A stretch of 64,000 nucleotides of DNA, taken from contig CAIOHZ010000223.1 in assembly GCA_903858165.1 (NCBI GenBank), forward strand, positions 25,184 to 89,183. The letters run 5' to 3'. The notes beneath the pieces are model-generated. The model did not search any database. It was given only the letters and a program-made list of their open reading frames with translations, and was not told where the DNA came from. The translations under genes were made by a program, and so were the position numbers. Position 1 is the first letter of the stretch. Each line of letters begins with the position of its first letter. Shown piece by piece: positions 57,580-64,000 of the stretch. The stretch comes from an uncultured Pseudomonadota bacterium (GTDB lineage: Bacteria > Pseudomonadota > Gammaproteobacteria > Steroidobacterales > Steroidobacteraceae).

Positions 57580-58563
57580 TTAAGCGACTGCACGCGCGGC
57601 ACGCTTGGCCGCATGGGCGATGGCCGCCTCACGGACCCAAGCGCCCGCGGCATGGGCCTCGCGGCGTTCCGCAATGCGCTCGGCATTGCACGGACCGTTG
57701 CCCTTGAGCACCGCATTGAATTCGCTCCAGTCTAGTGGCCCGGTCTGGTAGTGGCCATCCTCGTCCTGATGCAATTGCGCATCCGGGACCGTCAATCCCA
57801 AAAACTGCGCCTGCGGCACGGTGAAGTCGACAAACTTCTGTCGCAGTTCGTCGTTGGTAAAGCGCTTGATTTTCCAGCGCACCGACAGCGCCGTATGCTG
57901 CGAGGCGGTGTCCGGCGGACCGAACATCATGAGCGCGGGCCACCACCAACGATTCAGCGCGTCCTGCGCCATCCGCTGTTGCGCCGGCGTGCCACGCGCT
58001 AGCGACAGCATCGCGTGGTACCCCTGCCGTTGATGAAAACTCTCTTCCTTGCAGACTCGCACCATGGCGCGCGCATAAGGCCCGTAAGAGCAGCGGCATA
58101 AAGGAACCTGATTCATGATCGCTGCGCCATCGACCAACCAACCGATCGCCGCGACATCCGCCCAGGTCGGGGTCGGGTAATTGAAAATAGACGAATACTT
58201 GGCGCGCCCGGACAGTAACTGCTCAATCAGTTCGCTGCGCGCAATGCCGAGCGTCTCGGCTGCGCTGTATAGGTAAGCGCCATGACCACCTTCGTCTTGC
58301 ACTTTGGCGATCAGGATCGATTTGCGTAGCAACGAGGGCGCGCGCGAGATCCAGTGGCCCTCAGGCAGCATGCCGACGATTTCTGAGTGGGCGTGTTGGG
58401 AGATCTGACGGATTAAGGTCTGCCGATAGGCCTCCGGCATCCAATCTTTCGGCTCAATTTTTTCCTCGGCATCAATGCGGGCCTGGAAGTGCGCCATCCG
58501 CTCGCTATCCTCCACCGCACTTGCCGCCTTCGGCGGGGCCTCTAGTAATCCTTGGGTATACAT
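57580..58563 (-). CDS. paaA: phenylacetyl-CoA 1,2-epoxidase catalytic subunit PaaA
   Basis: [39 protein letters not shown] and QDEGGHG di-iron motifs. Start ATG 58563 (MYTQG...). The longest ORF reaches 58593. Confidence 0.93.
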   Translation of the reverse strand: MYTQGLLEAPPKAASAVEDSERMAHFQARIDAEEKIEPKDWMPEAYRQTLIRQISQHAHSEIVGMLPEGHWISRAPSLLRKSILIAKVQDEGGHGAYLYSAAETLGIARSELIEQLLSGRAKYSSIFNYPTPTWADVAAIGWLVDGAAIMNQVPLCRCSYGPYARAMVRVCKEESFHQRQGYHAMLSLARGTPAQQRMAQDALNRWWWPALMMFGPPDTASQHTALSVRWKIKRFTNDELRQKFVDFTVPQAQFLGLTVPDAQLHQDEDGHYQTGPLDWSEFNAVLKGNGPCNAERIAERREAHAAGAWVREAAIAHAAKRAARAVA

Positions 58564-58627
58564 CCCCGCCCCCCGTTGCGAACTTTGGGCCACACCTCAG
58601 CGTGAGGCGACTCCCCTTGCGCCGATC

Positions 58628-58668
58628 GTGACACGACTTATTCGACTTAACAAGTTTTTCAGTGTCAC
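58628..58668. promoter_or_regulatory. Inverted repeat GTGACAC-N27-GTGTCAC in the paaA-paaX divergent region (candidate PaaX operator)
   Basis: 7-bp perfect arms at 58628-58634 and 58662-58668 with an exact 27-nt spacer. The spacer contains a CGACTTA direct repeat and an ATTCGA core. Confidence 0.45.
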
Positions 58669-58686
58669 AATTACTGCCAGACTACG

Positions 58687-59604
58687 ATGACTCCCATGCC
58701 CATGACCGATCCCGTCCTCACCCTGCGCAACACCTTCCAAGCGCAACGGCCCCTGCGAGGCGGCTCGCTGATCGTCACGGTGTTCGGCGACTCGTTGGCA
58801 CCCCGCGGCGGCGCCATTACCCTTGGCAGTCTCATTCGTCTCATGGCTCCCTTCGGCTTGACCGATAGACTGGTGCGTACCTCCGTCAGCCGCTTGGTGG
58901 ACGATGACTGGTTAATGTACCGGCGATCGGGGCGCCTGTCGGAATACGCGCTGTCCGCCACCGGCCGACAACGCTTCGCGAAAGCCACAGGCCGCATTTA
59001 TGGTGGCCCGGTCCCGGTTGGCGATGGACGCTGGACCACGGTGGTCTTACCCCCTGCTGCCCTGGGTGACCGGCAACGCTTACGCGAATTACTGCGCCTG
59101 GAAGGCTTCGGTGAGCTGGATCCGGGGGTCTATGTGCATCCCGCTGTCGCACCGGACGATGCCGTCGCGGCGCTGGCGACACACGGCATGACGAATGTGT
59201 TGGTGTTTGCCGCGGACCTTGTGGCTGGCGCCAACGCCGCCGCGCTAATTGCTCGTGGTTGGGACTTGTCCGCCCTTGATACGCGTTACCGGCGTTTTGG
59301 CGCGTCCTTTCAGCCGGTCGCCGACCACCTTGCGACCCACGGACCACAAGACCCTGCGCACGCCTTCGTCACCCGCACACTGCTGATCCACGACTACCGC
59401 CGCATCCATCTACGCGACCCGCGGTTGCCGCGGGCCCTGTTGCCACCGGAATGGGCCGGCCATGCGGCCTATGCGCTGTGCCGACGCCTCTATGAGGCGG
59501 TCTTCGCCAGCGCCGAACAGCACCTCGATGCGGTAGCCACCCGCCTCGATGGCCCACTACCACCCGCGCAGGCCAGCAGCCCACCGCGCTTCCCCGCCCC
59601 GTAA
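58687..59604 (+). CDS. paaX: phenylacetic acid degradation operon negative regulator PaaX
   Basis: 305 aa. SLIVTVFGDSLAPRGG...LIRLMAPFGLTDRLVRTSVSRLV.D.WL...R.GR.S.Y.LS..G is the PaaX family pattern. Confidence 0.88.
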   Translation: MTPMPMTDPVLTLRNTFQAQRPLRGGSLIVTVFGDSLAPRGGAITLGSLIRLMAPFGLTDRLVRTSVSRLVDDDWLMYRRSGRLSEYALSATGRQRFAKATGRIYGGPVPVGDGRWTTVVLPPAALGDRQRLRELLRLEGFGELDPGVYVHPAVAPDDAVAALATHGMTNVLVFAADLVAGANAAALIARGWDLSALDTRYRRFGASFQPVADHLATHGPQDPAHAFVTRTLLIHDYRRIHLRDPRLPRALLPPEWAGHAAYALCRRLYEAVFASAEQHLDAVATRLDGPLPPAQASSPPRFPAP

Positions 59605-59800
59605 GGGCAACAAGGTCGACTCTTGGCGGCCCGCAGGCTCGCTGGCAGCCCGCACGGCCGCTGCCCAGTTAACGGCGTACACTGTAGCGCCCACATCGTG
59701 CCTGCGCACGATGAAAGCGCTCGCCCGCTCCGCCTGGCTCAAGAGAACACTTCCCGGAAAGATTATTTCGCGAGAAGATTTTGCATCGCGCTGAGTTTCC

Positions 59801-60301
59801 ATGAGTTCCGCCCACCTACACGCCATGGCTCTATCTAAACGCCTGCTGCTCGCCTGTCTCTGCGCGCTCGCCATTCAGCCGGTGCTTTTTGCTGGCTGGG
59901 TCGGGCTGCTCTACCTCTGGGTCGGGGAGAAGGTTCCGTTGGCCGAACTCTTGATGCTCTCGCTTATCATTTTGTTCATCGCTGGAGTTCATCTGCTGTT
60001 TCTTGGCTTACCCACCTTCTGGGCGTTGCACCGTACAGCAAGGCTTACCCGCCTGAACATGGCCCTTGCAGGATTTTTCATCGGCAGTCTGGGCGCTGCC
60101 TTGCTTTTATGGCCCGTACATCAAGACGGCGGCTCGTTTTCAGCCACCTGGCACGGCGAGTTCCGGGAGTTCACCGTGAATGGGAGACCTACCCTCGCCG
60201 CCTGGCTCCTCTATCTGGAAAGCGTGTCACTGTACGGAACCCATGGTTTGGTTGGTGCCTTGGTGTTCGACTACGTGTGGCGTCGTCACGAGACAACCTG
60301 A
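59801..60301 (+). CDS. hypothetical membrane protein (about 4 TM)
   Basis: The ORF has four hydrophobic segments and no recognisable motif. It may be co-transcribed with the next gene. Confidence 0.5.
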   Translation: MSSAHLHAMALSKRLLLACLCALAIQPVLFAGWVGLLYLWVGEKVPLAELLMLSLIILFIAGVHLLFLGLPTFWALHRTARLTRLNMALAGFFIGSLGAALLLWPVHQDGGSFSATWHGEFREFTVNGRPTLAAWLLYLESVSLYGTHGLVGALVFDYVWRRHETT

Positions 60302-60403
60302 AACAGGGCACCGCACGCGAAGATCAGCCCGATCTGTTCGGGTTTGGGCTTTGCCATCGTCCGGCGCACAATGGCTCCCCATTCCGAAGGCCAATTGCCA
60401 GCC

Positions 60404-61477
60404 ATGTCACGCCGCCCTGCCACCTCGCCGTCACTGCTCCAAAACGCAGTGTGCCCCATTGCCGCTCGCTACCGGAGTGCACTGCGTTTTGTGGCTTTAG
60501 TAGGGTTGATGTTGCTGCCCTTCAGCGCGCTTGCCCAGACGCCCTCCCCACCCGTGGCGGCAATTCCAACCCAGCCAGCTGCCACGCCGCCTTCGCGGGT
60601 CGAAGAGGTAGTCGTCTCCGCACCAGAACCGCGCTATGTCGCGCCCACCACACGCGACCACATCGGGCGCATCTGGGCGCCGGTCATGATCAACGGCAAG
60701 GGCCCGTATCGCTTGGTGCTCGACACGGGCGCCACCCGCTCGGCCATCATGCAGCGCGTGGTCGATGACGCCAGGCTCCCACTCGAACCGAAACCCATTC
60801 GACTGCGCGGTGTCACGGGCACTCGCACCGTGCAAGCAGCACACGCCAAGACGCTGGCAGTCGGTGATCTCTTAATCGAAAACGTCACCTTGCCGATTGT
60901 GCCGGACGTCTTCGGGGGTGCGGATGGCGTCCTCGGCGGCGAAGGGCTAAAGGACAAACGCATCGCCATCGAATTTAGCAAGGACCGAATAAGCATCGCC
61001 CGTTCGCACGGCAAGCCGGCACCGCCCGGGTTTTCGGTGGTTCCCTTCAAGTACGCGAACAATCGGGGCATGCGTGCGATGGTGATGGTCGGCCCCATCC
61101 GTACCATCGCGCTGATCGATACGGGGTCACAGGCGACGGTCGGCAATCTCGCGCTGCGTCAGGCGCTGGCGCGCCGTAAAGACCCGCAGGATGTGTTCGA
61201 CTCAGGCGTCATCGGGGTGACCGAAGAACTACAGCACGCAACGCGTGTTCGCGTGCCGAGCATCTCGGCGGGAAGACTGCTGGTGAAAAATGCCGAAATC
61301 ATGTTCACGGACCTGCAAATCTTCGAGTACTGGCGTCTGACCGACGAACCGGCGCTACTCATTGGCATGGACGTGCTCGGCGTGGTCGATGCGCTGGTGA
61401 TTGACTACCGGCGCAGTGAACTGCATTTCCGCACGAAATCTGCCTTCGACATCGATCCGGCGAAAATCAGGCTTTGA
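60404..61477 (+). CDS. secreted protein with two retropepsin-like aspartic-protease domains
   Basis: Signal-like LMLLPFSALAQT. Two D-T-G active-site motifs: LVLDTGATRSAIM and ALIDTGSQATVGN. Alternative starts at 60344 and 60371. Confidence 0.7.
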   Translation: MSRRPATSPSLLQNAVCPIAARYRSALRFVALVGLMLLPFSALAQTPSPPVAAIPTQPAATPPSRVEEVVVSAPEPRYVAPTTRDHIGRIWAPVMINGKGPYRLVLDTGATRSAIMQRVVDDARLPLEPKPIRLRGVTGTRTVQAAHAKTLAVGDLLIENVTLPIVPDVFGGADGVLGGEGLKDKRIAIEFSKDRISIARSHGKPAPPGFSVVPFKYANNRGMRAMVMVGPIRTIALIDTGSQATVGNLALRQALARRKDPQDVFDSGVIGVTEELQHATRVRVPSISAGRLLVKNAEIMFTDLQIFEYWRLTDEPALLIGMDVLGVVDALVIDYRRSELHFRTKSAFDIDPAKIRL

Positions 61478-61486
61478 ACTAAACCG

Positions 61487-62263
61487 TCAACGACTGGGGG
61501 CGCCAGCGAGCGACCACGGCAGAAATACTAGTGAGAGCGCCAAGACAGAGCCAATCAGCACCAACGGCAACAGGTTACGGCGCAACCGACCGGCCGACCA
61601 ATAGCCGAACGTCAGCAACGCAAGCACGATCAAGGTGCGAAATAGCGCGCCGCCGTCGACCGGTTCACCGTTAGGTGCGAGCACCGGCCCACCTAACCAC
61701 AGAAAAAAGAACATGACGATGCGATAGACCGGCGCCGACTCCAGCAGCATGAAGGCCAGAAACATCGAATCGGCGTGCAGAACCTGGTCGCCATGCCAAA
61801 GCCCCATAAGCGCACGGACGACAGCGTAGAAAATCATGACCGGCAGCACGGTAAACATGACGTGATTGAACGGCGTGTGGATGACAGCCAAGCTCAACGC
61901 CAAGGCAAAAAAGAGAAATACGGGCAACAATGTGCCGAGAATAAGCGGCCCGAGAACCCTGTGAACCGCTACGGCTCTTGCCGACCGCACCTCGCGATGC
62001 GCCAAGACGAATTGAGCAAACATGGCGGCTGCAAGCGCCAAGGCGGCGGCCGCATGCCAAGCAATCAACGTATACGATTCAACACTGAACCCGAGTAAAG
62101 ACACCACGGAATCCGGTAGGTGATTCATGGCGGCATGCCCGCCCCACGTGCCTTGCATGACATGGGTGGAAATGGAGGGGATGAATACCAAATTGGCGAT
62201 GAACGCAAAGCAGATTAGCCGGAACTGGGTTCTGCTTAAGGCCAAGGTTTGTTTCGTCGACAT
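61487..62263 (-). CDS. hypothetical polytopic membrane protein
   Basis: About 7 hydrophobic segments. ATG 62263 is preceded by GGAG-N7. The longest ORF reaches 62314. Confidence 0.55.
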   Translation of the reverse strand: MSTKQTLALSRTQFRLICFAFIANLVFIPSISTHVMQGTWGGHAAMNHLPDSVVSLLGFSVESYTLIAWHAAAALALAAAMFAQFVLAHREVRSARAVAVHRVLGPLILGTLLPVFLFFALALSLAVIHTPFNHVMFTVLPVMIFYAVVRALMGLWHGDQVLHADSMFLAFMLLESAPVYRIVMFFFLWLGGPVLAPNGEPVDGGALFRTLIVLALLTFGYWSAGRLRRNLLPLVLIGSVLALSLVFLPWSLAGAPSR

Positions 62264-62439
62264 CGTTCCACTCCAATACCACTGCCTGCCGGACAAGAAG
62301 ACAAGCAAGTGCATCCAAAGGTAGCAAGACGCCTCTCAGCAATGAGGGCAAATCTAGTCGCCTTGTCAGGCCTCACCATGAGGGTAACATTGCGGGTAAT
62401 TCTGGTTCTTCCGCTTCTCCTTACCGGACAGTTACCCAT

Positions 62440-64000
62440 ATGGCCCGCACCGATCGTCGTTTCGATAAGCCCACCCGGAACCCAGCCATCCGAGCGGCAT
62501 TCACTGCGCTTAAGCAGCAAACGTTCGTCGCACTCGTCGTTCTGACCGCCGGTGTTTCGACGGCCACTGCCGCGCCGACACCGCCGGACCTCATCGTTCT
62601 TGGTTCGCGCATCGAAACCGTCGACTCTGCTCCCTCCGGCGCAAAGCCGGTCGAGGCCTTCGCCGTCACAGCCGGCAAGTTTTCCTACGTAGGGTCGGCC
62701 GCCGAGGCGCTGCGCCTTGCCGGCCCAACGACTCGCATCGAACGTGTCGGCGACAGACTCATCCTGCCCGGACTGGTCGATACGCACGTCCATGCCACGC
62801 GCATTATCGAACTCAACACCTGCGACCTGAAGAACGAATCCCGTTCGCTCGCGCAGATTGCCGACGTGGTTCGCGAATGCTTGATGCGCTTTCGTAAACA
62901 GCCGGGCGAGTGGTTGCGCGTCGCGCAGTGGTCCATCTACAGCGGCAATGAACCCGACGCAAAGCATCCGACGCTACGCGCCGCGCTCGACCTTGCAGCG
63001 CCTGCCAATCCCGTACAGCTGATGGGAACGGACGGTCACCACGCAGCGTTCAACTCGGCCGCCCTGCGCCTTGCTCACACGCCCGACGGGGAGATTGTGG
63101 GACTGAGCCGCGCCACACTGGCCGGCCCACTGGCGCACTACCGCCCCTTGGTGGACGTGGGCGCCGATGGCGAACCTACCGGCGGGGTCAATGAGGAAGC
63201 GCGGTATCTGGTGTTGCCGCTGCACCTGCAAGGCCAAGACCTCTCGGAAGTAACGCGTGAGCCGGGCCGTGTAACGAAGCGATTGAACTCAGTCGGCATT
63301 ACGGCCTTCCAGGACCCCTCCGTCCCGGCAACGTCCTTCGCCATCTACGACAAAATGCAGGCGCAAGGCGAACTGACCGCGCACGCCTCGCTGGCAACGC
63401 TGCAGGACCTCGACGCCGCAGAGCTACGCGTCGGCGGTCCAGACTGGGACGCGCTAGTGGCAGAGGCCGTGTCCTTTCGCGAGCGCTACCGGGACAACCC
63501 GCTCATCCGCGCCGATACGGTGAAGCTGTTTGCGGACGGCGTGATGGAGGGCAACCCTCTGGGTACCCCGCCGACGCTGCCGAATTCGCCATCACTGACG
63601 CCTTACCTACAACCAGTATTCGGCAAAGATGAGCGTGGCCGCGCGACGTTCAACGGGAAGTACCAGGACCCACAAGCGCCGGAGTGCCGGGCCATCGCCG
63701 CGCCCCCGCAATGCGCCGTCTCCTCGGGCCGTCTGCAGCATGGGCGCGCGGTCATCATGGAATACGCACGGCGAATGCACCAAGCCGGCTTCACGCTGCA
63801 CATCCATGCCATCAGCGATGCCGCCGTGCGCACGGCGCTGGACGCTATTGAGGCCGCTCGCGCCGAAGACAAGCCCGGCACCACGCGCCGCGCGGACACA
63901 CTGGCCCACGTGCAATTGGTACATCCGGACGACATGCCGCGTATCGGCCGTAATCAAGTATTTCTGGCCATGACCTACGCGTGGATTTACACCGACAAGG
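62440..64000 (+). CDS. amidohydrolase-family metal-dependent hydrolase (Amidohydro_3/YtcJ-like), partial, runs off the right edge
   Basis: This open frame is absent from the ORF track because it has no stop in the window. It reads MARTDRRF...VVLTAGVSTATA (signal-like), LILPGLVDTHVHA (HxH), MGTDGHH, and FTLHIHAISDAAV. Confidence 0.8.
   Translation, partial: MARTDRRFDKPTRNPAIRAAFTALKQQTFVALVVLTAGVSTATAAPTPPDLIVLGSRIETVDSAPSGAKPVEAFAVTAGKFSYVGSAAEALRLAGPTTRIERVGDRLILPGLVDTHVHATRIIELNTCDLKNESRSLAQIADVVRECLMRFRKQPGEWLRVAQWSIYSGNEPDAKHPTLRAALDLAAPANPVQLMGTDGHHAAFNSAALRLAHTPDGEIVGLSRATLAGPLAHYRPLVDVGADGEPTGGVNEEARYLVLPLHLQGQDLSEVTREPGRVTKRLNSVGITAFQDPSVPATSFAIYDKMQAQGELTAHASLATLQDLDAAELRVGGPDWDALVAEAVSFRERYRDNPLIRADTVKLFADGVMEGNPLGTPPTLPNSPSLTPYLQPVFGKDERGRATFNGKYQDPQAPECRAIAAPPQCAVSSGRLQHGRAVIMEYARRMHQAGFTLHIHAISDAAVRTALDAIEAARAEDKPGTTRRADTLAHVQLVHPDDMPRIGRNQVFLAMTYAWIYTDK

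Noticed and set aside
62382-62437. GGGTAAC...GTTACCC inverted repeat (42-nt spacer) between the membrane protein and the amidohydrolase.
   Set aside because: The arms are only 7 bp with a long spacer in a 176-bp region, so a chance occurrence is plausible and there is no supporting context.

Overview
This is a high-GC proteobacterial chromosome segment. The gene order resembles Xanthomonadales or Burkholderiales genomes, but that taxonomic placement is inference only. Positions 1-27.6 kb are a conserved housekeeping backbone, mostly on the minus strand: nuoDCBA, tRNA-Leu(GAG), secG, tpiA, glmM, folP, ftsH, rlmE, yhbY, greA, carBA, dapB, dnaJ-dnaK-grpE-hrcA, nadK, recN, fur, bamE, smpB, ratA-rnfH, a lipid kinase, a TauE exporter, RidA and tmRNA (ssrA, tag ANDNSYALAA). 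Directly after ssrA comes a ~16 kb block of visibly lower GC (27.6-43.9 kb) with no integrase or repeats. It holds a tightly packed ten-gene minus-strand operon: TonB-dependent receptor, class-III aminotransferase, BKACE/DUF849, secreted S15 CocE/NonD hydrolase, DUF1611, enolase-superfamily epimerase, Hyi-like TIM barrel, APC permease, beta-hydroxyacid dehydrogenase and acyl-CoA dehydrogenase. Diverging from it are a secreted S12 (beta-lactamase-fold) hydrolase, preceded by a truncated paralogue fragment, and a TetR regulator. Two related palindromes lie in the shared control region. I read this as a candidate uncharacterised locus for uptake and catabolism of D-amino-acid or murein peptides, and it is the most interesting item here. 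Downstream are a five-step hut cluster (hutHU / hutCDIGF) with a clear HutC-type operator, then paaABCDEGZ plus paaX with an N27-spaced inverted repeat. The window ends with a small accessory group: a membrane protein, a tandem retropepsin-like protease, a second membrane protein and a partial amidohydrolase. I saw no CRISPR array, rRNA, transposase or recognisable defence genes.
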